Assembly (NCBI GenBank): GCA_973895155.1
Contig: OZ316892.1
Location: forward strand, 25,753,233 to 25,817,232
Reading direction: 5' to 3'
DNA: 64,000 nt
Origin: Marsupella aquatica
Taxonomy: Eukaryota > Plantae > Marchantiophyta
Position 1 is the stretch's first letter. Each line of letters begins with the position of its first letter. A program made the position numbers and the translations under genes. Below the pieces are notes generated by a model, which was not told where the DNA came from, made no database searches, and was given only the letters and a program-made list of their open reading frames with translations. Positions 13,073 to 25,102 of this stretch are shown piece after piece.

Positions 13073-16000
13073 TCAGAAGTTCAAGAGAATCTTCTCTTTT
13101 GGAACACCCTCTGCCAAAAGAAGTTCAGTCACATCCTGCACAGACGGCACAAATCTCAATGTCAGCCGACCGCAGCGTTGGCAAGCCCATGTACCTGAAA
13201 AAATATCAATTTAAATTGAATACAGAGCCCCCAAAAGGAGATTTCGTACTGTAAAGTTCCGTCACAAACCCAGTCTTGCCTTCCGAGAGAAACACAGGAA
13301 GGCAAGTCGGACTACTCATGGCTAAGCAAACATTTGGAGACTAATCCCTTTTTCAGTTGCGGCATTCCTCCAGACTACACCTCCCATCGGTAAACGCCAA
13401 ACCCACAAAGAACAATTCCCTTCAGCTACCCTCGCTCTATATACGAACCTTACGAAATACGGGTTCAGATAAAATTCAGAAAACAAACAGCCCTACTGAC
13501 GGCGACCCATTGGAGCTTCGTAGATTCGGACCCAACACTTCACATTAGATATGAAAAGAGAGGGTGTGAAATGCACGAACCTGGGCCATTCCCTTATGCC
13601 CACACAGCAGGGCACCGGTCTGTCCTCCATTGCCAATACCAGTAGCCTTGGAAAAGAAAGCCTACACAAGCAAACGTCTTGTAAAACAATCACACAAGAA
13701 CAGCTGAACACAACGCCAAGAGACGAAAGCCTCTGTTCAAGCAAGAACTGCCTTTCAAGTCTTCATAAAACCAAGGATTTTTTATACAGCAAGGATGTTT
13801 GTCTCAAAACAAATCTCGGAAATACCTGGACATAGCCTTGTGCCCCATTCCAATCTGAATCAGGTTGGGACAGAACAGGGACAACTTTAACACCTGAGGC
13901 TTCCCAGTCCTTGAATTTCTCCTGAGAAGATTACATAAAGCGGTGAGAACGACACGTCCATATCTAACACATGGTAATCGATGTGGTAAACACTTGAAAG
14001 AAGACTAGCATTCAATGGCTCAACCTCAGGATCATGACAGACTCGCCATTAACACAATTAGAGGTCCCTTGGTAATAGCAGCCATATGACATGCTCGTAT
14101 CTGAATTGCATAATGCTGCCTCAATGAGTTTGCATATTACAATTCATGACACATTACAATATACATGGTATTGCCCCCACGATGCCCCTGATATCATGGA
14201 TTGATCACCCCCGTGGTTTATCCAATTTAAAGGGTGCTTTCCCAATGTTTGTAAACTGTCGAACTTCTGATAATAGAAAAATCGCTTAACAGTTGAATTT
14301 GATAGTGTTAAGGTCCAGTAAGTTATTGTAACTAGAAGATTCAAAACATGTGTGCTGCGAGAATAATTATATAAATTGTATTTTTCCGATGAAGCACAAT
14401 TTGAGTGGCGTTCTTCCATATTCCATACAAAGCGGGAAAGTAGTAGGGGAAAAAATCCAGAAACCAAAGTAAGACAGCATCTAAATTCCAATGTTGAGAG
14501 GTAGACAGTCACTACAGAAGCAAGTAACGCAGCTGTCACTTGGAACAAAAAAGAGATTGCATGACCGGTTGGAAATTCCTTTCTTGAAAAAGGAGATGGA
14601 CAGTAAGGCACACCTGATAAGCCATCCTTTCAAGATTCCTTGCACCGTAGTACAGCCTCACATCAGACCTCTTGTCCGCTTCGAACCCTGCTTCTATGAG
14701 TGATCGAATTGGACTGTCCTACATCATTCCAAAATCACTGTTAGGCATTTCATTTACAAAGGAGTGCACTCCGGAAAAGTGTGCGAAATTTACGAATTAC
14801 TATCAGGAAAATAACTCCATTAATGGTGCTAAACAAACCTGATACCCGAGCCAGTGGCAAATAGCAGAACCGTCTGGTGCTCATCGGCGGGCTCCAGCTG
14901 CTCGACTTTAAATCCATTTCCCAAAACCTGACTAAGCTCCACTTTGTCGCCCTTTCCAAGACTGCATATGAGTCCAGCAGTGCTCCCCTCCACTCTAGGG
15001 TCCTTGATCAGAAATTCCAACCGCCCTTCCCTAGCCAACTTTGGTGGAGACGCGATTGCCAAAAACGCAGGCTTCGTATTCCCTACTTTGACCTGCCAGG
15101 CACGAAAAACGAAAGCGATGAGGCCACCATTCTTAATGACGGGCTGTTTGGGCATGGAAACAAAGATTGCTGCCGAATCTGTTTTGCACCCTCTTTAGAT
15201 CTGCTCTAGTGCAGAGAAAGCCTGAAAGTGGATAAAATACCCATCAGCAAAATTCCTTTCATCTAACTTTTAAAGCGCTGGATTTATCCTACTGTAATTA
15301 TACTCCGCCCTGCACTGCACTCCCTCGGTGGCAATCATTCCACCAGGAAAAATCAGGGAAGGTTAACCGTCTACGCAATTTGTTTTCTCATAACGCATTC
15401 TGACATGGCAACGAAATTGAATATCGGATCCGAAGACTGCCACAAGTATAATCTAATGGTTCCAGAGATATTTCTCAAATTTCAATTCTTTGGTACCTAT
15501 GTCGCAACACACTACAGACCAATAACCAAACTACATTGCATAAACCTGATAAACATTCGCCGGAAGAAAGTAACACCATGTCTCGATCTTCCTCCAACGA
15601 CGTGTTCTCGTTCAAAACAAAAGCGAAAACAAAGACAAATCCACACCCAATCTTCACAACAAGTGAACAAGTCTTCGGCCGTTCTTCTCAAAATGAGGAT
15701 ATTCAGAAGGATTTGAGACAAACATGAGACCCGGCCCTCATTTTCCCCTCACCTGAACAAACTGCCCTGGCTTGACATGCCCTTCAATGAGTTCGGGGTT
15801 ATCACTAATATCCAACACAACGTGAAACAAACTCTCTGCCGCTTTCTCAACCACAGCAACTGGCGAATTCGCCCACAGCACCTCCTGCTTCCAGACTGAC
15901 CTAATTACTGCAGACCCCGTCCTGGAGGAGGACGACGGCGACGATGGGGATGGCCCCTTCCGGGACAGCCTCTGCATCTGCAAGCTCGAAGATCGCCTCA

Positions 16001-16298
16001 AGGCACGGAACACTGGTCCGAATCGGGTCCCGGCCGCTCCCATGAAGGGAGGGGAGGAAGACGAGCGGGGCGATGGCAGAACCGAAGATGAAACCAGACG
16101 CACGCGCGCAAGAGGTGCTGAGGAAGCCACACATGAAGACGAGTAGCCAGCCTCAGACGCGAACGATCCTCCTCCCGCCGCAGTGCTGCACGAGCAACGC
16201 ATCGACGGAGTAGAAGCAACAGCAGCTGACGATGCTCCGACTCCAACTCCGACTCCAACTCCAACTCCTCCTCCGCGCAGGACCGCAGCAGCAGCCAT
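13073..16298 (-). CDS. Plastid FAD/NAD(P)-binding oxidoreductase (fruit protein pKIWI502-like, FNR-like family), 6 exons
   Basis: Exons 16298-15753, 15092-14839, 14713-14614, 13921-13826, 13661-13581, 13135-13073, all GT-AG and in frame. Ser/Ala/Arg-rich transit peptide; motifs PGQFVQ, FLAIASPP, LLFATGSGISPIRSLIE, LYYGARN, GYVQ, LCGHKGM, KILLNF-stop. Confidence 0.92.
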
Positions 16299-16534
16299 GC
16301 TCAATCAATCCACGGACCGTCACTTAGATTTCTTGCGGGGAGCTCTCTCGATTTCTCCTCCGTGCTTCTCCTCTCCACTGTGGGCGAGATTCTGATTGCC
16401 TGCGTGCCACGAAGCTCTTGCTTGCACGACGCCCACTCTCACTCACTCACCCACTCACTCACTCACCCACTCTCACCGCTAATAAGAATAGGAAGAGGAA
16501 GGAACGAGAGTGGTGCAGCAGCACAGCAGAGAAC

Positions 16535-17570
16535 TGCCGTCGCAATTTCCATGGTGGCAACTGATGGGGGCTTTGGAGCACCTCCAAGCTTGCTTAGTGT
16601 GCACACTAAATACAAGTGCCGTAGCAATTCCCATGGTGGCAACTGATGGGGGCTTTAGGGGCTTTTTAGGGGCTTTAGAGCATCTCCAACCTTGCTTACC
16701 ATATTAAATACCAGTCTTACAGTGTCATATATTTAGTTCACTATTCACTATAGATATCTTTAGGGGCCAGGGCCAGCTGAAAAGCAGTCCCAGCCGTGAC
16801 TTGGTAGTTCACACTATAGATATGTTTAGGGGCCAACTGAAAAGCAGTCCCAGCCGGGACAGGGTAATTAACAGGAGGTATCCAGATTTGACAGCCATAG
16901 ATTGAGATCTTGAAAACCCAGCAGCAAACCCACTAAGATCTCCCTCCCATAGAGAGATCCATTAACCAAATGTCAGGGTAATTAACAGGAGGTATCAAGA
17001 TTTGACAGCTATAGATTGAGATCTTGAAAACCCAGCAGCAAACCCACTAAGGAGTCATCTACACTCTACCGTAATTAGTGTTATGCAAGAATTAGTGTTA
17101 GTACAAAATTAGTGTTACTAACACTAATTTTGTTTAAACTGATTTTGAGTCCAAGTAACACTCATTTTTGTCGGTTTTCAAAATAAATTTTTTTCAGTTT
17201 AGTTTAAATTGCTTGTAAAAAATGGATGATCTCTAGTCCAAAGTAACACTAATTGTTGTGAATTTTTTAAAATAGTTTTTTTTTGTATTTTGCCATTTTT
17301 AAGACCATAATAACACTAATTCATGTGCGCAAAAATAGTGTTAGCACAAAATTAGTGTGATTAACACTAATTCGCGAGTAGACCCTGAAAATGGGTGCTC
17401 TCGAGTTAGTGTTAGTCACACTAATTACGGTGAACAATGTACTATAATAATCTCTCCCTCCCATATAGAGATCCATTAACCAAATAACCCCGTTCCTGAA
17501 ATCCAATCTAGATAACATTATAGTGAGTGGGTTGACTGATATCCAGATAACATAATAGTGAGTGGGTTGA
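16535..17570. repeat. Run of successive pairwise tandem duplications upstream of the oxidoreductase gene
   Basis: Pairs: CCATGGTGGCAACTGATGGGGGCTTT (~16550/16632); CACTATAGATAT..GCTGAAAAGCAGTCCCAGCCG (~16746/16812); AGGGTAATTAACAGGAGG..CCCACTAAG (16861/16976); AGATAACA..ATAGTGAGTGGGTTGA (~17510/17545). Confidence 0.8.
17062..17439. mobile_element. MITE flanked by TA (Tc1/mariner-pogo-like) with internal AATTAGTGTTA motifs
   Basis: Inverted termini ACCGTAATTAGTGT / ACACTAATTACGGT; TA at 17060-17061 and 17440-17441; interrupts the second copy of a local duplication. Confidence 0.65.
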
Positions 17571-18058
17571 ACCTGACTTTTTAGACCCAGTTACAATGAC
17601 AAAACCCAGTTGGGCTGGAGATGCTCTTAGCACGCCAGTAGCCTTCATTACTAGTCCCTTGAAAGGCAAGAGAGAGGTGACGACAAAAACAGTAGCTTGC
17701 ACAAAACATTCATGGCTGATGAACTTACTGATTTTATTTCCTACCTGACCCCATTTTGTTTATGGGTTAGTAGTATTGCCTCAGGAGACATAACTCAACT
17801 CTGTCCTCATTGGCATATGGCCTCTATTTACCGGTGCCATTGGCTGTGAATCAACTTGTTTATCTCCCCCCTCCCCAGGCATGCTCTCCTGCAGGGCAAA
17901 AACAATTCAAAATTGTTGTTTTCTCAACTAGAAATAGAGTTTGGTTGCACTTGTGGCCCTGGAACTTATGGGGAAGGGAGAGATAAGCGGCTCAAGCCCA
18001 CGGCCTAAGGCGCCTCGCCACGTGGTAGCCGGAGACCATACACCAATGAGGACAAAGG

Positions 18059-18382
18059 TGTAGAGGTTAACTCAGTCTTGGATTGAACTATGGTTAGTAT
18101 ATTAACTAGGGTTAGAGTAAACACTAGTTGAAGAGATTGGTCCTTATCTCTTCAACTTGTATGTGGTGAGAGAACACACAAGAGAGTTCTCAAGAGAGAA
18201 CACAGTGATACAACAAGAGATGAGAGTTTGAAGAGATGGGAGCTATGGTGATGCTTGAGTAGACACATAACCGTTAATAAAGTTTGGTCTTCTTGTGGAC
18301 GTAGCCAACCTTGAGGCGAACCACGTAACTATTGAGCACGTGTATGTTTGGAGTGTATTTCCTGATCTGATTTCTCCCCACA
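18059..18382 (+). repeat. 5' LTR
   Basis: TGTAGAGG...CCCCACA; I count 8 substitutions versus the 3' LTR. Confidence 0.97.
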
Positions 18383-18384
18383 AT

Positions 18385-18396
18385 TGGTATCAGAGC
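18385..18396 (+). promoter_or_regulatory. Primer-binding site (initiator tRNA-Met type)
   Basis: TGGTATCAGAGC 2 nt after the 5' LTR. Confidence 0.93.
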
Positions 18397-19549
18397 TCAG
18401 ATTTTTTCAGTCGATTAGGAACTCCATAGAACTTGCTTCAAGCAAAGCGAACAACGGATGATTTCCTCTTCGAAGCGGAGCTATTGAAAGAAGATCGGAC
18501 TCAATCTTCTCACAAGTGTGGAGCACATAACCAGGGGCTCATTTTAGTGAAGCAATGAAGGCCTGAGGTCAGAAACAGAAACAATTGTAAGTGACGGTTT
18601 CAATTTACGTTATCGGGCAAGAGATAAGGTCAATTTCTCAGATCAGTCTTTTTGATTGGTCTATCGGGACTTGAAACTGAGATATGCTTGAGCGCCTTGT
18701 CTTTCTAGACGTTTTGATATCAACATCGTTGAATTCCGTCAAACGGTTGAGAAGCAATCTTAATTTCAATTATCATTTTTTGAGCTCGAAATTTTGGCTA
18801 TGGCGGATAACTTAATATCAGCCACTTTCACCTAATTGTTTCTCCCTCATTACTCCACCGTTTTGCACGTTCTTTATATTGATCTTGATGCCCTCGAAGT
18901 CTAGTTTCTGAATCTGAAATCAGAATTAGATTTCATCAAAGACTGAGACGGGTTTGAGTGAATCCGCCGAGGGGTATTTTCTGCCGCGAGTAGTTGCGAC
19001 TTGCGCGGGCGCGCGAGGAGGTCGAAAAGTTCGAGGAGGCCTTTCTAGGGCTCGACAGGGCTCGGGCAGGGGGAAGTGCCCCCTGTGAAGTCCCCCACAG
19101 GGGCTGTACAAGGGCGGACGGAATTTCCCGAAAAGATTCTTTTCCAGAGGCTTAAATTTTTACCGAATGTCAAAGATTTTGAGCGGCAAATAAAATTGGA
19201 TCAACTTCAACTTTTGGAGAGGCGTACTTGGGGAAGCTAGGCAAGTATTGGTGCGTTTGATTTTGAAAAAGTACACTAGTGGAATCTTTGGCATAAGAGA
19301 TTCCCTCGAGGGGTAATTATTTCATCTTTTACCCCCCTCCGATCGGAGTAAAAATTCTCGGCACTCGAGAGTCCATTTGACAAACCGTTTTCAGAATTCA
19401 GAGCGTTACCTTGTGGGCTACACATAGGAGTGATCAGTTTCAAAATTCACCAACTTTCATTTTTGGCCTTATTTTCACACCCACATCTGAGCATTCGACG
19501 TTTATTTCTTGTCGAAAGGCAACTCCACACTACATTTGGCATTCCAGCG

Positions 19550-21780
19550 ATGGCGACTACTAGGATTGGAGGTCAAAGGTTTGAGATGGAAAAATTTGAT
19601 GGTCGGATGGACTATACAATGTGGGAACGTAACGTGGGGGATGCACTTAGGGCGATGGGCCTAGGCAAGGTACTAAGATCTCAACCCAAGGAGATGGAAG
19701 ATGATGATTGGCATGATCTCCAAGATCAAGCGGTAACTATTGTTGGCATGTACCTGAAAAACAATGTGAAGAAGCAGTTCGAGGAAAAAGTAACACAAAC
19801 GGTGACGGACTTGTTTCAAGCATTGCGCAACAAGTACTACAAGAAGGAGATGTCAAACCGAATGTATGCAAGCCTGAAGCTCATGCAATTCAAAATGGCT
19901 GATGGAGTCAAGATTCAAGATCATATCGATCAGTTCAATGATCTTGTGGTTGACCTAGAGAATTTGGGGAAGCATTTGAGCGAAGAAAAGAAAGCCTTAC
20001 AACTCTTGAGCTCACTACCACCTTCGTACCAATCTTTGTCTCGAGTTCTTCTATTCCGTGATAAGACAACTATATCCTACAATGATGTGGTGAGTGCCAT
20101 GTTGACCGATGACATGCAGTCTAAGCTGGTTTCTTCAGCTCATCCTACCTCAACCTCATCATCAACAATACTGTTGGTAGAAAGAGGCAAATCAAGGGAG
20201 CCATCTCATGAAAACAAAAGGTTTAACCCACTTCCCATGGAGCGAGGAAGGTTCCACGACCGATCTTTTGGTAGGAGGAGGTTTAGATCCAGATCTAGAT
20301 CTCGATCCAACCATCCAAGTCTACTCGTGAGATAAAGTGTTGGAAGTGTGACAAAGTGGGTCACATGAAGAAGGATTGTCGCGTCAAAGACACATTCAAG
20401 GAAGTTGCCGGTTCTTCAGCCCAAGTAGTTGTTCGAGAAGAGGATAGTGAAGGATTTGCATTGTGTACCACTTCCCAAGTTAAGGATTGTCAATGGATCT
20501 TGGATTCCGCTTGCTCGTATCACATGTGCTATATGCGTGAACTTTTCTCATCCTACACTCCTATCAATAGATCTGTTTTGATGGGAAATAATCATTCTTG
20601 CAAAGTTTTAGGGATTGGATCCGTAAAGATTCAACTACCCGGTGGCAAGTACTGTACTCTATCAAATGTCAGACACATTCCAAAAATGTGTAAGAATTTG
20701 ATTTCTCTTGGCTACTTGGATGCGAAGGGTTATCAATGGAGTGCAACTGATGGGGTGTTAACAGTCACGCATGGATCAACTGAAGTTCTTATTGGCAAGA
20801 GAAAAAGAAACGTCTATGTCTTGGAAGGCACCACACTTCTTGCCAAAGTCAATTTGGTCACATCTCAGGAGGAGAAAATCAATTTATGGCATGCTCGGCT
20901 TGGTCACATGAGTGAAAAAAGTTTGGAAATCCTACACAAGCGACATCTCCTACCAGGATTGCAAGCATGCAAGTTGAGTTTTTGTGATCATTGCATTGTC
21001 GGCAAGAAAACAAGAACTCCATTTCCGACTGCCATTCATCATTCTAAAGTTGTACTTGAGTATATTCATTCCGATGTGTGGGATCCTGCTCCGGTTTCTT
21101 CACATTCAGGCAAACAATACTATGTATCGTTTATCGATGATTGCTCAAGGTTTGTTTGGATTTATTTCATTGCCCATAAGTTTGAAGTGTTTTCCATCTT
21201 CAAACAATGGGTAGCTCAAGTTGAGACACAGATTGCAAAGAATGTGAGATATCTACGATCAGATAATGGTGATGAATACACCTCTGGCGAGTTCAACACG
21301 TATTGTGCAAATAAAAGAATTACTCACCATCTCACAACTGTGTACACTCCTGAGCAAAATGGTGTTGCTGAGCGACTCAGCCGCACATTGTTGGAGCGAG
21401 CAAGGAGCATGTTGAGCCACTCTAAATTGCCACAAATTTTTTGGGCGGAAGTTGTCAACATAGCTGCTTATCTAGTAAATCTCTCTCATAGTCGGGCAAT
21501 TACTTACAAAACCCCCTTTGAGCTATGGCACAATCGACTTGCTGATTATTCAAAGCTTAGAGTTTTTGGTTGTGAAGCATATGCACATGTTTCTAGCAAC
21601 AATAGGACTAAGCTAGATCCTCGAGCCCAGAAATGCATTTTTCTTGGTTATCAGCTTGACATTAAAGGATATCGATTGTGGGATCCAGTTGATTGCAAGT
21701 TACTTGTTAGTCGGGATGTATCCTTCAATGAAGACAAATCATTGAAGGAGGGGGAGATAGATCAATTCCCTACTACTAAC
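19550..21780 (+). pseudogene. Copia gag-protease-integrase; frameshift near 20330; cut by the insertion at 21781
   Basis: MEKFDG gag start; zinc knuckle CWKCDKVGHMKKDC; protease WILDSACSYHM; integrase HARLGH..CDHC, HSDVW, RSDNGDEY, NGVAER. Confidence 0.93.
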
Positions 21781-22327
21781 CTCGGGGGTCTCACTCCGCG
21801 AAAATCTCATATCACGTGCAACGAAGTATAGGGTCCGTTAATTGGGTTTCTCGGAAGACTTAAGAAGATTTGTGTAAGAACAATAGGGCCAACTTTATAT
21901 GTTGGACAACTTGTAAGAATAATAGGGATATTAATATTTTTGACTTTGTAGATGGAAGGCATACAAAGAAGTTAGGGGGTCTTTGTGTCGGACTATGTAA
22001 AGTACACGTGTCACTATGTCATTGGTACACGTGGCACACATAACATTCCCAATATATTTTCCTAATTTTTCTAATATGTTAACATGGCAAGAATTTGAGA
22101 GTGATCTGGTTTTATGGGGACTCACGTTTAGGGTTTGACCGGGATTAAGTTTGAAATTTTTCTGTTTAACGTGTCTCGTTTACCTCAATTGGCCCTTGTC
22201 AGTCCCTCCCGTGTCGTTTCCCTCCACTATCCCTTTGGCCCCACCCGCTCTTTGCCTCAACAGAGTCTCTTTTGTTTGTACCTTGCAGCAAATGGCCTAA
22301 ACGGGGTCTAAACCAGTTGTGCTCCTG

Positions 22328-23160
22328 CTTGGAGTGAAGGTCGGATCGAGCGAGAGTGTGCTCTCGACTGCACTTGGAGTGAAGGTCGGATCGAGCGAGA
22401 GTGTGCTCTCGACTACACTGTTGCTGGAGTGAAGGATCGACTCCTGTTGTGCTCTCGACTGCACTGCTGCTGCGGCTGGAGTGAAGGATCGAGCTGCGTT
22501 GCTGCTACGGCTGGAGTGAAGGATCGAGCTGCGGCTGGAGTGAAGGATCGAGCTGCGGCTGGAGTGAAGGATCGAGCTGCGTTGCTGCTGCGGCTGGAGT
22601 GAAGGATCAAGCAAGATTTCTCGGAGAAGGATCGAGCTGCGTTGCTGCTGCGGCTGGAGTGAAAGATCAAGCAAGAGTTCTCGGCGAAGGATCGAGCGAA
22701 GGAGTGAAGGGGAGAGCGAGAGTGAAGGGGAGAGCGAGAGTTCTCGGCGAAGGATCGAGCGAAGGATCGAGTGAAGCGCTGCTACTTGGAGTGAAGGGGA
22801 GAGCGAGAGTGTTGCGCTCTCGGCTGTGCTGTTGCCGTTGCTGCTTGAAGTGAAGGATCGACCAAGAGTTCCTGGCTGCGCTGCTGTTTAGAGTGAAGGG
22901 GAGAGCGAGACATCTCAGCTGCGCTGCTGCTTAGAGTGAAGGGGAGAGCGAGACTTCTCAGTTGCGTGCGCTGATTAGAGTGAAGGAGAGAGCGAGACTT
23001 CTCAGTTGCGTGTGCTGATTAGAGTGAAGGGGAGAGCGACACTTTGCAGCTGCGCTGCTGCTTGAAGTGAACCCGGGAGTGAAGGGGAGAGCGAGACTTT
23101 GTAGCTGCGCTGCTGCTTGAAGTGAACCCGGGAGTGAAGGATCGAGCAAGAGTGTTGCGC
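22328..23160. repeat. Subterminal variable-period tandem array built on GAGTGAAGG
   Basis: Many copies of (G)GAGTGAAGGATCGAG and AGAGTGAAGGGGAGAGCGAG separated by GCTGC spacers. Confidence 0.9.
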
Positions 23161-23433
23161 TCCGGGAGGTGGGTGTCGAGAGTGTTGCATTGCTGCTTTC
23201 TAAAACGGGAGCTGCTAGCTTGCTGAAACGGGAGGTGGCTACTGCAGGGAGTGTTGCGATATCTCAAACCGGAGTGCCAGGATTGGAGCTGCATTGCTGC
23301 GTTGCTCAATCGGGAGGTAGGCGCTGCCTACTTTGACGATCGTACTTGCTTGCTTGCTACTATTTGACGCCCAAATCTATCACGCATGGCACACCTAGAG
23401 TCGATCTGGTAGCGGTCATAGACGAGGAAGCAC

Positions 23434-23540
23434 CTGATCTGCCCGTTTAGCTTTTCAGCTATAAAATTCATGTTCTGAGCTCCGTGAATGGCGATAAGCT
23501 CTTTGAGTATTTTGTCCTCCAGAGCTCGCCATGCCCTCGC
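23434..23540 (-). pseudogene. Captured R2R3-MYB exon fragment (first repeat)
   Basis: AWRALEDKILKELIAIHGAQNMNFIAEKLNG; removing 1 nt restores NGRSG followed by a GT donor. Confidence 0.65.
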
Positions 23541-24387
23541 AGATAAGGTTTGGAGCCACTGCTGAGATCCAGCTCCAACTTCCCAGCCGAATACTAGCTC
23601 AGTATTGTCGTCATTTGTCTCGACGTTGTCCATACTCATCTCTCCTTCTGTGTCCGCATCGACGACTTGACGCACATGTTTTTTGGATGCATCGTTAGAG
23701 TAACCGCGAGTACAGGTCTCCAATGATTGCACTTGCCATGATTGACCACCTTACATGATCTCCATCCATGGGCTGGACCCCAGGAAAAAAATCATGTAAC
23801 TTGACTTCTGTCGTCCCCCACACACCCGCACAAATCTGGTTCTCTATTACATGCCTTGGTGTCCCGTTGGCTGGTTCCTGCAATTTTCTTTAAGTCATCT
23901 AGAAGAGAAGACTTCTTTAAGTGTTTACTCAGCCAGGGGGGACCACAGCCTCCAGCCATACTGGGTGGCGGGCCTGGTCAAGACGTGGATGACGCTCGTG
24001 CTTGATTTTAAATTCTCTTTTGTTTCTCAAGCTTCTGGGCAAGGGCATTACCATTCTGGATTCTGAACTTGATCCTATTCAGGTTAGCTATTCAGGTCTG
24101 TTGAGCGATTGGGTTATTATTTTATTGCTGTAGTAACATGCATGGCCAATTGGTTGTCTTCATGTAATGGGAAGTTTTTGAAACTTAGAAATTGAATGGT
24201 GGTTTCAATTTTGTTCACAGGTTGCAAAAGGAATTGTAGAGGTTGTCATCAGCGCTTGCAGCAGTGAGCACCAACACTTGCGGTGAAGCAGTTTGCTAGA
24301 ACACATAGTGTACCTAGTGAATTGTAAGTTGCCTGTCATTGCACGTCTAATCGTCTGGCCATTCACCGAGTATAAAAAAATAGTGCC

Positions 24388-24786
24388 ATGGCTATATTGG
24401 GCATTACATTAGAAGCGAATTATGAGAAGCTCCTTCTGCAGCATCCAGATGAATGCTGCTGGTGTGAACCTTGTGTCAAGTGCAGGGTTGGTGATGGGAA
24501 TTTTGAATGGTTCCATTGCTTCTGCTTGAAAATGCGTGGAAGGCTTGTTACTAGGACATACATGGGAAAGCATGGCAAAGTTGTCACACGTCGTTGGAAG
24601 TGCTCTTGTATAAGGCCAACCATTTGGCCTCAAAATGAGTGTCTTTTACGCAAGATTGTCATCCCGGACACGCTTGACATTGTAGTCCCTGATAGTATTC
24701 CACATTCAACTGAGCTTGATATTGTAGCCCCAGATAGTATATCAGATCAAGCTAAGGTTACAACCCATGGATGCTTGACATTGTAG
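24388..24786 (+). CDS. Small Cys-rich ORF, possible divergent PHD/zinc finger
   Basis: CCWCEPCVKC..EWFHCFCL..WKCSC resembles PHD W-F-H-x2-C and W-x-C motifs. Confidence 0.35.
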   Translation: MAILGITLEANYEKLLLQHPDECCWCEPCVKCRVGDGNFEWFHCFCLKMRGRLVTRTYMGKHGKVVTRRWKCSCIRPTIWPQNECLLRKIVIPDTLDIVVPDSIPHSTELDIVAPDSISDQAKVTTHGCLTL

Positions 24787-25102
24787 TCCTTGATAGTACA
24801 TGGATGCGTTGTTCATATATGACTAGGCCTTTGTTTGCAAGGCTGCAATTGTACCATCCATGATATATGAGAATATTTTTCATTCCCATTATGTGGCAAA
24901 GTTTTGCAAGCTGGCATTGTATTTATGTATGTCTTGGTTGGTGGGTGTTCAGGTTGCACTGTGTAGTTGACTTCATCTGGGAGGGAGGTTTGCAGATCAT
25001 TGGAGCAGGTGCTATGATTAACCTTATCTTTGTCTATGGATTGCTCACTATCATCATGTCCCCCTCATATGTGATGTGCTTTGTGATGATTGCAGTTGAA
25101 CC

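Noticed and set aside
22297-23309. Repetitive ORFs (SILHSSRS.., RSFTPAAA..) and a superficially CRISPR-like repeat array
   Set aside because: The ORFs are by-products of the tandem array in several frames. Spacers are not unique, there are no cas genes, and the DNA is eukaryotic.
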